A program made the translations under genes and the position numbers. Below, one piece after another: positions 40,599 through 52,930 of a stretch of DNA of 64,000 nucleotides. A model generated the notes under the pieces. That model worked only from the letters and a program-made list of their open reading frames with translations. It had not been told where the DNA came from and ran no database searches. The stretch's first letter is position 1, and every line of letters starts with the position of its first letter. Source of the stretch: an uncultured Pseudobdellovibrionaceae bacterium (GTDB lineage Bacteria > Pseudomonadota > Alphaproteobacteria > Micavibrionales > Micavibrionaceae); assembly GCA_964498755.1 (NCBI GenBank), contig CAZCIB010000005.1, forward strand, positions 4,560 through 68,559, given 5' to 3'.

Positions 40599-42365
40599 TT
40601 ATTCTCCTTTTTCGTTCAACATTCCCAGTATCGCCCCCACGGCGATCATACGGGATTCTTCTTTTAGCCCCACGGCGCGGTAACCTTCCAGCAAGGAACG
40701 CATGACGCCGGGATAGGTATTCTCTGGCTCCACGGCGCGGAAGATACTTGCGCTCAACACAATCACCTCACCAAGCGCTTTATTTTTTTGTGCCTGACTA
40801 AAGTAATTTAACAGAGTAACTGATTGCATTACATAATCTTCAACGTGTGTCAACCCTAAAATTTTTTCATAAGCCCATAATTTTGTTATCGGCTTGGCGT
40901 CATCGACTTCCATTGCATACGCGATATGAGCGAGTTGCAATATAGCCGGTGGTTCCAGGGATTGATGAAGATTATCCAGAAGATCGAAAAAAGTACTGGA
41001 ATCGTTTAGAAAAGAATCGGCGAGCAAAACCAAAGATGCTTTTCTGGCGATGTCTCGACGATCGCTTTCCGCCAAAGCGCGTATTTTTTCAGACCAGTTT
41101 TCCGGAAGAAAATTTCCTGTGCGTAAAATTAGCGCGGCGGATTGTATAAGTTCCTCCTGATTAAGCCGATCGTCCGGCGACGCGTCAATTATAACCTCCG
41201 AAAAAGGGATCAATGCAGGCCAGTGACGGCTATTCGCCAGGCGGATTGCGCGGGATATATATTCCCATTGCTGCGCCCCCCTCGGCGCGCAGGACATGCC
41301 CGCAAACAGCTCAGGCAACTGGCTTGCGTCGTTGACGTCTTCCGGCGGCGGCGGAGCGTCGCAGTCCCGGTCTTCATAAAATTCGTCAAGAGCTTCTTCA
41401 GAGAGCAAGCCGCGCCGGACGAATTCTATGGTCGCCTTGTACCGCCAGTCATAAGGAAGATTGTCATCCAGCAGCGCAAGCCCGAGAACTTCACTGCTAA
41501 GCTCATCAAACCGGATTTGAGACGCCGGCGCGTAATCTAGGCGCTTCAAGCCGAATATGGCGGCGCGTTCAAGTGGGCTGAGTTTGCTGAAGTCCTGGTT
41601 GTCGCCAAGCTGCATACGAAAGCGTTTTTGTCCGGCAAGACGCTGCAATATCTTGCTGTCTGCAAGGCTTGTTTTCTGATCGGCGTTTAAACCCTCAGCC
41701 GCCCCTTCACCCAGAGCTTTATCGCAAATAGCTGAAAGCTGAGCCCAAAACGTCGTTTGTTCGAATTGCGCGCCTGTCGAGCGGCTTTCAAGGCATGCAA
41801 GCGAAACATTTCCCGATCCCAGCATGGCGAGAACTCCGGCCTGCGCCAGATTTGGATGATACGGCTCTCCCCTGACGAGCCCATAGAGGTCAAGCGCCTG
41901 TCTGTACGCTCCAAGCTTCAGAAGCGCAAGAATGCGCAGCGTTGCCAGATCGAAGCCGGGCCGGACATCGGCGTCATTCTCGATCAGTTCAGCGTCGTTC
42001 CTTGTTTGCAGCAATGCGAGCAACAGCTTGTTGACGTCTCTGGACAGGCTGGCGCCGTCCAGTTGCAAAAGTCCGTGCGTCAGGCTCTGTCTTTGCGCGC
42101 CAAGCCAGACATCCCTGCCAAGCGCGCCTTCACTGAATGAGCTCAGATTTCCGAGGGACTCCAGCCGCTCAAGCTCTTTTGAATCGAGTTTTCCGGCTTC
42201 CGGCGATTCTACGTGACTTTCCAGAGGCGCATCCGCAACATATCCTTCTTTAGTTTCGCCGGAATCACCGGTCCCGCCCGCCATTCTGTCATTAGCCTGC
42301 GCGCCGGATTGCGGCGGTAAACAAAACAGTAGCAAACCGGTTGCGATGATACGTATCACATTCAT
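40599..42365 (-). CDS. Hypothetical secreted protein (588 aa)
   Basis: N-terminal signal peptide (IIATGLLLFCLPPQSGAQA) on a long uninterrupted ORF. I recognise no family. Confidence 0.6.
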   Translation of the reverse strand: MNVIRIIATGLLLFCLPPQSGAQANDRMAGGTGDSGETKEGYVADAPLESHVESPEAGKLDSKELERLESLGNLSSFSEGALGRDVWLGAQRQSLTHGLLQLDGASLSRDVNKLLLALLQTRNDAELIENDADVRPGFDLATLRILALLKLGAYRQALDLYGLVRGEPYHPNLAQAGVLAMLGSGNVSLACLESRSTGAQFEQTTFWAQLSAICDKALGEGAAEGLNADQKTSLADSKILQRLAGQKRFRMQLGDNQDFSKLSPLERAAIFGLKRLDYAPASQIRFDELSSEVLGLALLDDNLPYDWRYKATIEFVRRGLLSEEALDEFYEDRDCDAPPPPEDVNDASQLPELFAGMSCAPRGAQQWEYISRAIRLANSRHWPALIPFSEVIIDASPDDRLNQEELIQSAALILRTGNFLPENWSEKIRALAESDRRDIARKASLVLLADSFLNDSSTFFDLLDNLHQSLEPPAILQLAHIAYAMEVDDAKPITKLWAYEKILGLTHVEDYVMQSVTLLNYFSQAQKNKALGEVIVLSASIFRAVEPENTYPGVMRSLLEGYRAVGLKEESRMIAVGAILGMLNEKGE

Positions 42366-42379
42366 TCGGAGGCGACTTT

Positions 42380-42520
42380 CTAGAGATTTTTTAGCCGGTC
42401 ATTGGAGAGTTTTTTGGTAACAATCTTCTGTTCTACCGGAACGTCAATCACGGCAAAATAGGTAAACCCCCCGGCAAGAGCCAGAAAAACAAGGATAAAA
42501 GCGAGCTTGAGAAAAGACAT
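42380..42520 (-). CDS. Possible small membrane protein (46 aa)
   Basis: Manual translation gives MSFLKLAFILVFLALAGGFTYFAVIDVPVEQKIVTKKLSNDRLKNL*, with one hydrophobic helix. It ends 14 nt before the 588-aa gene. Too short for the ORF track. Confidence 0.3.
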   Translation of the reverse strand: MSFLKLAFILVFLALAGGFTYFAVIDVPVEQKIVTKKLSNDRLKNL

Positions 42521-42623
42521 GTAAAACCGTAATAGCCTGAATTAGCGTTTGCAACGCGTAAGCATTATGGCATAAGAATTCGTAATGGCAATTCAATTTA
42601 GACAATCAACAATAACGGACTGA

Positions 42624-43172
42624 ATGAGCGCGTCAAATGACCCTGTAAATACGCGGCCGATTGTTTTAACCGGGTTGATGGGAGTGGGAAAAACAACGGT
42701 TGGCGCATTGCTATCAGAAAAAATTCGCAGGCGGTTTTATGACGCGGACGCTGAGATCGAGGCTGGCGAAGGCTTATCCATACCCGAAATTTTCAAAAAA
42801 AAAGGCGAAGCCTATTTTCGCGACCTTGAGCGAAAGACTGTAATATCGCTGCTCAGCAAGAAAGAAAGCGCGGTTATCTCGCTCGGAGGAGGCGCCGTCT
42901 GTAATCCCGATATTTCGGCGCAATTAAAAAAAAGCGCGATTCTTGTCTGGCTGCGGGCGAACCCGGACATCTTGTTTCATCGAGTCAAAAATGATGGCGG
43001 GCGCCCCCTTCTAATGAATGACGATCCCTTGGGGACGTTGCGGGAACTGGCCACGAAGAGAGATTCCAGTTATGCGCAGGCTGATGTTATAGTAGATACG
43101 GATCATATTTCAGCCGAAGACGCGGCGGACAAAATACTGGAGAAAATTTATGACTGTAAACCTGCCCGTTAA
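42624..43172 (+). CDS. aroK: Shikimate kinase
   Basis: 182 aa with GLMGVGKTTVG (Walker A), FRDLE and LGGGAV. Confidence 0.92.
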   Translation: MSASNDPVNTRPIVLTGLMGVGKTTVGALLSEKIRRRFYDADAEIEAGEGLSIPEIFKKKGEAYFRDLERKTVISLLSKKESAVISLGGGAVCNPDISAQLKKSAILVWLRANPDILFHRVKNDGGRPLLMNDDPLGTLRELATKRDSSYAQADVIVDTDHISAEDAADKILEKIYDCKPAR

Positions 43173-44268
43173 TCTTGGCGAACGATCATACGATATCGTT
43201 ATTGGCGATCATCTTCTGGATAGCTCCGGCGATTATCTGCCTGAATCCTGTAAAAATTCCCGTATGTTTATCGTGACGGATGAAAATGTCGGGCCGTATT
43301 TTGAAGCGCGACTGCGCATCGCCTTGCAGCCTTATGCGGCGGAAGAAGTTAAAACCTATGTTCTGCCTCCGGGAGAGCAAACAAAGTCTTTTGGCGCGCT
43401 TGAAAAATTATGCTTATGGCTGCTTGAAAGCGACGCGGACAGGCGCTCAGTCATTTTTGCGCTCGGGGGCGGCGTAATTGGCGATCTCGCCGGGTTCGCG
43501 GCGGCTATAACGATGCGGGGCATTCGCTACGCGCAGGTCCCGACAACGCTTCTGGCGCAGATTGACAGCTCTATAGGCGGAAAAACTGCGATTGACGCGC
43601 CGCAGGGCAAAAACCTTGTTGGCGCTTTCCATCAGCCCGTACTTGTCCTGAGTGACGTCGATGTCCTCCGGACTCTTCCGGACAGGGAGCTGAAAGCGGG
43701 TTACTTTGAAGGCCTCAAGCATGCTGTTATTCGCGATGCCAAGCTGTTTAAATGGCTGGAAGAAAACCGCGAAGCTATATTCAGGTGCGAACCTGACGCC
43801 CTTGCGTTTTTCGTAGAGCGCAGTTGCCGGATCAAGGCCGAAATTGTCGAGGAGGACGAGGTCGAGCATGGCGTTCGCGCGCTTTTGAATTTTGGTCATA
43901 CGTTCGGGCACGCCGTTGAGGCGGCGTGCGGGTATGACGGGCGTATTTTGCACGGAGAAGCTGTCGCGATCGGGATGGTTTGCGCAAGCGAGCTTTCTTT
44001 TATGCTTGATCATTGCGCATGGGAGGACGTCGAAACTCTCCGCAGGCATCTGGCCGAATCGGGGCTGCCTGTCTCCATTGGTCAGATAAATTTGCCGGAG
44101 GGCGTCACGGCGGAAAATCTCTACGAGCGCATGAAGGGCGATAAGAAAAGCGTGTCCGGGGAGATAAAATTCATCCTGACGCGAGGCATTGGCGACGCGT
44201 TCCTTGGCGGCGCCGTTGAAGAGCGTCTCGTGCTTGAAGTGTTGGAAAAATCAATGAATACTGCCTGA
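43150..44268 (+). CDS. aroB: 3-dehydroquinate synthase
   Basis: 372 aa with LGGGVIGDLAGFAAA, VPTTLLAQIDSSIGGKT and NFGHTFGHA. Overlaps aroK by 23 nt. Confidence 0.95.
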   Translation: MTVNLPVNLGERSYDIVIGDHLLDSSGDYLPESCKNSRMFIVTDENVGPYFEARLRIALQPYAAEEVKTYVLPPGEQTKSFGALEKLCLWLLESDADRRSVIFALGGGVIGDLAGFAAAITMRGIRYAQVPTTLLAQIDSSIGGKTAIDAPQGKNLVGAFHQPVLVLSDVDVLRTLPDRELKAGYFEGLKHAVIRDAKLFKWLEENREAIFRCEPDALAFFVERSCRIKAEIVEEDEVEHGVRALLNFGHTFGHAVEAACGYDGRILHGEAVAIGMVCASELSFMLDHCAWEDVETLRRHLAESGLPVSIGQINLPEGVTAENLYERMKGDKKSVSGEIKFILTRGIGDAFLGGAVEERLVLEVLEKSMNTA

Positions 44269-44322
44269 GGCTTTAAAAAGCCTGTATTCGCGCCGCTTAA
44301 ATTCATGTAAAAATATCAGCCG

Positions 44323-45606
44323 ATGGAAACTGAAATTATACTCCTTCTGGCCGCGATCGGCGTGCTGATTTGCTTGTCCGGATTTTTTTCCGGTTCTGAA
44401 ACGGCGCTGACGGCGGCTTCCCGCGCGCGCATGCACAATCTTGCGAAAGAGGGCAAAAGAGGCGCGGTCATAGTCAACAAAATCCGCGAGCATAAAGAGC
44501 GCATGATCGGCGCGATCCTGCTCGGGAACAATCTCGTCAACATTCTGGCGTCGGCGCTGGCTACTTCGCTTTTTATTAAAATGGTGGGTGAGGCCGGCGT
44601 ATTTTACGCCACCGCCATTATGACGATGCTGGTCCTGATATTCGCCGAAGTCCTGCCGAAGACCTATGCGCTGCACTCGGCCGATAAAATGGCGATGGCG
44701 ATTGCGCCGGTCATGCAATGGGTGATCCGGATTTTTTCGCCGGTGACGGAGCTGGTCTCCCGAATTGTTCGCCTGACCTTGAAAATTTTCGGGGTTGATA
44801 TTTCCGTCGTGAACGTCGGCGATCACATGGAAGTGTTGCGCGGCGTGATCGAGTTGCACCACGGCCCGGAAAAGGAAACGCTGGATCAACGCGCCATGTT
44901 GCGTTCGATTCTCGACCTTGCCGAAGTCGACGTTGAGGAGATCATGACGCACCGCCGTAACGTGTCCATGATCGATTCGGATAATCCTCCGGAGACTATT
45001 ATTGCGCAAGTACTGGACAGTCCTTATACGCGGCTTCCCGTCTATAAAGGCGAACAGGACAACATTATCGGCGTGATTCACGCCAAGTGGCTGCTGCGCG
45101 AGCTTAAGGATCAGGGCGGGGAGATGAACCGCATCGAAATCGACAAGGTCGCCGCCGAGCCGTGGTTCATCCCGGATACGACGTCTTTATACGATCAGCT
45201 GCAGGCCTTCAGGCGCAGGCGCGAGCATTTCGCGCTTGTGGTCGATGAGTACGGCAGCTTTATGGGGATAGTGACGCTCGAGGATATTCTGGAAGAGATC
45301 GTCGGAGATATTGACGACGAGCACGATATCGCCGTTGCCGGCGTACGCAAAATGCCAGGCGGAAGTTACCTGATCGACGGAACGGTCACGATCCGTGATC
45401 TGAACCGCGAATTCGACTGGGAGTTGCCGGACGATGACTATTCGACCGTCGCCGGGCTTGTGCTCTATGAATCGCAGCGCATTCCTGAAACCGGGCAGAG
45501 TTTCACGTTCTTTGGCTACCGCTTCGACATTGTCCGCCGCCAGCGCAACCAGATCACGCTCATGCGCGTCACCCCGCCAAAAGACGAAAATAGAAGCGCG
45601 GCTTAA
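44323..45606 (+). CDS. HlyC/CorC-family transporter (DUF21-CBS-CorC_HlyC)
   Basis: 427 aa with an N-terminal four-helix DUF21 region, a CBS pair and a C-terminal CorC/HlyC transporter-associated domain. Confidence 0.85.
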   Translation: METEIILLLAAIGVLICLSGFFSGSETALTAASRARMHNLAKEGKRGAVIVNKIREHKERMIGAILLGNNLVNILASALATSLFIKMVGEAGVFYATAIMTMLVLIFAEVLPKTYALHSADKMAMAIAPVMQWVIRIFSPVTELVSRIVRLTLKIFGVDISVVNVGDHMEVLRGVIELHHGPEKETLDQRAMLRSILDLAEVDVEEIMTHRRNVSMIDSDNPPETIIAQVLDSPYTRLPVYKGEQDNIIGVIHAKWLLRELKDQGGEMNRIEIDKVAAEPWFIPDTTSLYDQLQAFRRRREHFALVVDEYGSFMGIVTLEDILEEIVGDIDDEHDIAVAGVRKMPGGSYLIDGTVTIRDLNREFDWELPDDDYSTVAGLVLYESQRIPETGQSFTFFGYRFDIVRRQRNQITLMRVTPPKDENRSAA

Positions 45607-45989
45607 CGAATAAACCTGATATCGATCTCAAGCGTATGATTGAGACCTTCCCATGCGGCGTCGGCAGTCAGGACGGGAAGCCCCCTTTCTTTTGCGGCGG
45701 CAAGGCAGATCCGGTCTCCGAGCGATAGGCCTTTGTGTTTTGTAGGTTCGCGTAATTCTATCGCCCTGCTTGCGATGGGCGTTGTGACGTCCAGACAGGG
45801 CATGCCTATGCGTTCGATCCAGCCAAGCGCGTCCTTAGCCTCGAGCCCGCCATTTACGAGCGTTGCGCCGACTTCACAGAGATTGACGCTGGTAATCAGC
45901 GCGTGATCCGACAGGTCGTATACGATATCCCAGCCGGGCTCCTCGTAAATCAGGGCCAGCATGGCCGAAGCGTCCAGTAAAACGCGCAT
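45603..45989 (-). CDS. vapC: PIN-domain toxin VapC
   Basis: 128 aa: MRVLLDASAMLA..., ...LSLGDRICLAAAKERGLPVLTADAAW. Its 3' end overlaps the converging transporter gene by 4 nt. Confidence 0.85.
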   Translation of the reverse strand: MRVLLDASAMLALIYEEPGWDIVYDLSDHALITSVNLCEVGATLVNGGLEAKDALGWIERIGMPCLDVTTPIASRAIELREPTKHKGLSLGDRICLAAAKERGLPVLTADAAWEGLNHTLEIDIRFIR

Positions 45990-45991
45990 GC

Positions 45992-46261
45992 TTATTCCCC
46001 GCCCTCCCTTGCCGCTTCTTCTCTTCGCGTTTGGAACAGGCTTTCCGTCAAGCTGTCATGTTCATGGCCGAGCTTTTGACGCAGATATTTCTGCGCCGCG
46101 CGTATGGCGTTTTTTCTGTTCATGACCTGAAGCGCGTAATCATCGATGCGCAAAGTGAGTTCATCGCCCGGTTTGATATCGAGCGCCTTGCGCTGCGCCG
46201 CCGGGATAACGATCCGCCCGGCCTTGTCGATTGTCACGGTATGGGGTTGCGTGTAATCCAT
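45992..46261 (-). CDS. vapB: AbrB/MazE/SpoVT-family antitoxin VapB
   Basis: MDYTQPHTVTIDKAGRIVIPAAQRKALDIKPGDELTL is a SpoVT/AbrB swapped-hairpin motif. ATG at 46261; the longer ORF would run into repeats. Confidence 0.75.
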   Translation of the reverse strand: MDYTQPHTVTIDKAGRIVIPAAQRKALDIKPGDELTLRIDDYALQVMNRKNAIRAAQKYLRQKLGHEHDSLTESLFQTRREEAAREGGE

Positions 46262-46335
46262 GGCACAAAATCCTGTATATGGTATTAATGGGATATTATA
46301 CCATAAAAGATGAATTTTGCCACAAGGTTCAAAAG

Positions 46336-46496
46336 CCTCTCCCTTCAGGGAGAGGCAACGAGGCTTACCGTTTTCGAAGAAAACGTTAGCCGCAGTGGTG
46401 AGGGACAAGGCAATGGCGATATCCCTCACTCGCTCAGCTATAGCTTTGCCTTCGCCAAAGCGAAGCTTCGCTGCCCTCTCCCTGAAGGGAGAGGGA
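46336..46496. repeat. Two family B half-elements arranged head-to-head (a ~160-bp palindrome)
   Basis: 46336-46405 is the reverse orientation of the CCCTCAC...GCTAACG-hairpin-...CCTCTCCC-GGGAGAGG module. 46422-46496 is the same module in forward orientation. Confidence 0.8.
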
Positions 46497-46540
46497 ATAA
46501 GGGGCGTTTTACTCCGTACCCAATTATTGTCCCCAATTAT

Positions 46541-49297
<2,757 letters not shown>

Positions 49298-49473
49298 GTG
49301 TTCTTTTCTGTCCTTATTTATATAGCCTGATATAAAGCTCTGCGGAAACGCCGTCAATCAAAGCCTTGTTTAAACATTCCCGGCGCTCTGGAAATCTTTA
49401 TTCTTAGGCCTTGCGCTTTTATGTGATCTCAGGCATGAATCACGCTTTAGGGATTCAAACGGAGTATCAAGGA

Positions 49474-50541
49474 ATGTCGGAATCACAAGGAAAAAAAAAT
49501 ACAGGCTTGTACGCCATTGTGGGCGTGCTCGTCGTCGTCGCTGTTGGAGCCCTCGTGTTCCTATCCGGAAATATGGGCGATAAGGAGAACAATTCGCAAC
49601 GGAACACGATTGTTGCGGAAGCGTCCGAGGGGCAAACGGAAACGCAAAACAGCCAGACTGCCGCAGCTGAAAACGAGCCGGCCGCCGGTACGGCGGAAGC
49701 TGACGTGACGGAGGAAGCGGAACGACTTGAAATCAAGCCCGGCAACCCGACTGTAGCCGTTGTCAATGGGGAAGAGATCAAACGGTCCGACGTTTTTTCG
49801 TTTATCGCGAACCTGCCTGAAAACGTCCGCCAGCTGCCCGTACAGCAGCTCTTCAAAATGTCGCTTGAGCAGCTTGTGAACGCAAAGCTCGTTGAAAAGC
49901 GCGCGACCCAGGCGAACCTTGAGAGTAACGAGCAAGTTCAGGAGCAGCTTGAGCAAGCGAAAGAGCAGATCATGCGCACTGTTTTCCTGCAACAGCAGGT
50001 CGACGAACGGATCACTGAAGAGAGCCTGCAGGAGCTGTATCAGGCTTATACCGAGCAAATCGGCGAAACGCCCGAGAGAAAAGCGCGGCATATTCTGGTT
50101 GAAGACAAGGCGACCGCTGAAAAGCTGATCAAGGAAGCCAAGGGCGGCGCGGATTTCGAAGAACTCGCCAGAGAACACTCCACGGGTCCCTCCGCCGCTG
50201 AAGGCGGGGATCTTGGATGGTTCGCCAAAAATGAAATGGTCGCCGAGTTCGCGAACGCCGCCTTTAACATCGAGCCGGGCAATGTCGGTGACGAGCCGGT
50301 TGAAACGCAGTTCGGCTGGCATGTCGTCAAAGTTGAAGACGCCCGCACGCGTCAGCCGCCTTCTTTCGAGGAAGCCAAGCCGATGATTGAAAGCCAGCTG
50401 CGCCGTCAGGTTCTGGACCAGATGGTCAATGAGTGGCGGGAAGAGGCCGAGATCGAGGTGTATAACATCAATGGCGAGGAAATTGCCGAGGCTGAAGCGG
50501 AAACATCCGGTGAAGCTGCAACTGAAACGTCCGCCAATTGA
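49474..50541 (+). CDS. Membrane-anchored parvulin-type peptidyl-prolyl isomerase (SurA/PpiD-like)
   Basis: N-terminal transmembrane helix and parvulin domain: ARHILVEDKATAEKLIKEAKGGADFEELAREHSTGPSAAEGGDLGWF...QFGWHVVKVED. Confidence 0.85.
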   Translation: MSESQGKKNTGLYAIVGVLVVVAVGALVFLSGNMGDKENNSQRNTIVAEASEGQTETQNSQTAAAENEPAAGTAEADVTEEAERLEIKPGNPTVAVVNGEEIKRSDVFSFIANLPENVRQLPVQQLFKMSLEQLVNAKLVEKRATQANLESNEQVQEQLEQAKEQIMRTVFLQQQVDERITEESLQELYQAYTEQIGETPERKARHILVEDKATAEKLIKEAKGGADFEELAREHSTGPSAAEGGDLGWFAKNEMVAEFANAAFNIEPGNVGDEPVETQFGWHVVKVEDARTRQPPSFEEAKPMIESQLRRQVLDQMVNEWREEAEIEVYNINGEEIAEAEAETSGEAATETSAN

Positions 50542-50561
50542 TTATAACGAAATCTTGTTTA

Positions 50562-50626
50562 GCATCCCGATGGATGCCGGGATCCAGCCGAATAAAAAGC
50601 TCTGGATCGCGGCTTTCGCCGGGATG
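50562..50626. repeat. Family A hairpins
   Basis: GCATCCCGATGGATGCCGGGATCC ... GGATCGCGGCTTTCGCCGGGATG. Confidence 0.7.
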
Positions 50627-50647
50627 TTTTTTTATTGAGCTCCTTTT

Positions 50648-51058
50648 ATGACGTCATCATTGCCCTTGATTTTTGTCTCCGCCGCCGCACTCGTCGACGC
50701 GGAAGGGCGCGTTCTTCTGGCGCAAAGGCCCGAAGGCAAGAAAATGGCCGGCCTCTGGGAATTTCCGGGCGGCAAGGTCCATGAAGGAGAAACGCCGGAA
50801 GCGGCGTTAGTGCGCGAGTTGAAGGAAGAGCTGGGCATTGACGCGCTTGCGAAGGAGCTTGAGCCAGCCTGCTTCGCCTCGCACGCCTATCAGGATTTTC
50901 ATCTATTCATGCCGCTTTACGTTTGCAGGAAATGGGAAGGGGAAGTGCGGGCCATGGAGCACACGGCTCTGGAATGGGTTTCGCTTGATCGCATGAAAAG
51001 TTACGCTATGCCGGAGGCGGATATGCCGTTGGTTGATTTATTGCAAAAGATACTTTGA
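50648..51058 (+). CDS. mutT: Nudix hydrolase, MutT-type 8-oxo-dGTP diphosphatase
   Basis: The Nudix box GLWEFPGGKVHEGETPEAALVRELKEELGI fits the consensus. Confidence 0.85.
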   Translation: MTSSLPLIFVSAAALVDAEGRVLLAQRPEGKKMAGLWEFPGGKVHEGETPEAALVRELKEELGIDALAKELEPACFASHAYQDFHLFMPLYVCRKWEGEVRAMEHTALEWVSLDRMKSYAMPEADMPLVDLLQKIL

Positions 51059-51780
51059 TGTTTGGCTCCGTATACGATTACCGGGATTTTTACGCAAAGC
51101 CCGTTGGCAGGGTCGTTCAGAAAACACTCTCGGACAAGATCCTCGAATGCTGGCCGGATTGCAATAACCTCTCTTTGCTTGGACTGGGATATGCCGCCCC
51201 GTTTATGCCGGTCTATGAGGAAAAAGCCGCGCAGGTCATGCTTTCCATGCCCGCGTCTTTAGGCGCGCACCACTGGCCGGATGACATGCCCGGCAAGGTT
51301 TGTCTGGCGGAAGACACTGAACTGCCCTTTGAGACGAACAGCATAGACCGCATATTGATCGTTCACGGTCTGGAGCGCACGGAGCTTGTTCCTTCTTCGC
51401 TCGAGGAAATCTGGCGCGTTCTTAAAAGTAATGGCCGCGTTCTGATAATTGCTCCGAACCGCCTTGGCTTATGGTCGAAGGCGGAATGGACGCCGTTCGG
51501 GCACGGCCGCCCGTACTCGCAAATGCAGCTGACGAGCATGCTCAAGGACGCTTTGTTTGTGCAGGAACGCTGTTGCGAATCACTTTTCATGCCGCCTTTA
51601 AAATCGCGGCTGGTCATGCGCGGCGCGCGTTTTTTTGAAACTTTTGGGAAATACGTCTACCCGGTCCTTGGCGGCGCGCTCGTGATTGAAGCCAGCAAGC
51701 AGCTCTATGCGCCGTCAAGCGGCGCGAAAGCTCCGGCGCGTCTGGTGGTCAGGAGCAGGGTTGCCGCGATTGGAAGTTGA
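51055..51780 (+). CDS. Class I SAM-dependent methyltransferase
   Basis: 241 aa. ...LLGLGYA..., ...DRILIVHGLE...LEEIWRVLKSNGRVLIIAPN is a Methyltransf_11-like pattern. 4-nt overlap with mutT. Confidence 0.6.
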   Translation: MMFGSVYDYRDFYAKPVGRVVQKTLSDKILECWPDCNNLSLLGLGYAAPFMPVYEEKAAQVMLSMPASLGAHHWPDDMPGKVCLAEDTELPFETNSIDRILIVHGLERTELVPSSLEEIWRVLKSNGRVLIIAPNRLGLWSKAEWTPFGHGRPYSQMQLTSMLKDALFVQERCCESLFMPPLKSRLVMRGARFFETFGKYVYPVLGGALVIEASKQLYAPSSGAKAPARLVVRSRVAAIGS

Positions 51781-51792
51781 GAGCCGCGACTC

Positions 51793-52854
51793 TTAGCTAT
51801 AAAGCCCGAACGGATCGTCCGGATTGACGCCGTCCATAAACGGCAGTTTGCGGTCAACATTGGTCGTCTGGTAAACGGCGCCGACCCAGTTGCCGATCAT
51901 CGATTTTGCGCTGTCGCGCCATGTGTTTTCCAAAAAGCGCTCGATTTCATTTTCCGGGAACGGAATATCCGTATCGCCCGCAAGTATCCGTTCTTTATAT
52001 GGCTCAAGGATTTCAAGCGAGCGCGGCCCGAAATAGTTTTCCGGCCAGGGCGGGTAATCGGCGCGCGCGCCTTCAACAAAGTTTTGTACCTCGCGCCTGT
52101 ACTCTTTCATCAGGCTGATCGCGTCATATTCCGGATGACCTTGAAAGCAGATCAGACGAAACCCGTCCGGGCTCGTCGCGACGTGAACGCCGGCGTCCTC
52201 GCTGTCGACCAGTACGCGCATACCCGCGTTTTCAAACTGCCGCCATGTGATTTCGCTGTAACGCGAATGCGGGACGTCAAAAATCGTGTTCATGTTGCGC
52301 ACGACAGGGTGCTTGCGGTTGCGGACCCGATGACCGTAGACGCCCCATTGCTTCTCGTCGCGCCAGTGCGGCGCCTCGCCGAAAACGTAGTTCATTACCG
52401 CGTGTGAAGCCAGACAGGAACAAAGAGTCGAGGTTACGTTCTCATGCGCCCACTCAATCAGATCGCGCAGAGGATGCCAGAACGCCTCATCGGCCACGGC
52501 CGGGTTTGTTTCCTCATTTGCGCCGGTAACGATTAACGCGTCAAGCCCTTCTTCGCGCAGCTTGTCAAAGGATTCATAAAAACGCTGAAAATGCTCCCGG
52601 GCGTTGTCGCCGCGGTTGCCGACGGGCAGGGTAAAGGGATGAATATAAAACTGCGCGATCTTGTTACTGTCCCCGACAAGCCGGAAAAACTGACGCTCGG
52701 TCGCCTCTATCGCCGCGTCCGGCATCATGTTGCAAAAGCCGATATGAAGCTCGCGGATATCCTGTTGCAGCGCGCGCCCTTCATGCATCACAGTCCAGCC
52801 TTCGGCTTCTATCCGTTCGAAGGTTGGCAGCTTGGAATGACGAATCAGTGGCAT
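51793..52854 (-). CDS. metA: Homoserine O-acyltransferase MetA (succinyl/acetyl specificity not assignable)
   Basis: MPLIRHSKLPTFERIEAEGW..., QDIRELHIGFCNMMPD, and ...CLASHA... with the active Cys. ATG at 52854; the upstream ORF extension is unlikely. Confidence 0.88.
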   Translation of the reverse strand: MPLIRHSKLPTFERIEAEGWTVMHEGRALQQDIRELHIGFCNMMPDAAIEATERQFFRLVGDSNKIAQFYIHPFTLPVGNRGDNAREHFQRFYESFDKLREEGLDALIVTGANEETNPAVADEAFWHPLRDLIEWAHENVTSTLCSCLASHAVMNYVFGEAPHWRDEKQWGVYGHRVRNRKHPVVRNMNTIFDVPHSRYSEITWRQFENAGMRVLVDSEDAGVHVATSPDGFRLICFQGHPEYDAISLMKEYRREVQNFVEGARADYPPWPENYFGPRSLEILEPYKERILAGDTDIPFPENEIERFLENTWRDSAKSMIGNWVGAVYQTTNVDRKLPFMDGVNPDDPFGLYS

Positions 52855-52930
52855 GGGTATCGACTCCGTTTGATTTCTTGAGCTGTTCAGAGTAAGACTT
52901 TGCTTATAACGGCATGATTTCAAGAAGTCT

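Noticed and set aside
44251-45081. 276-aa minus-strand ORF
   Set aside because: Antisense shadow of the DUF21-CBS transporter gene, with an Arg/His-rich translation.
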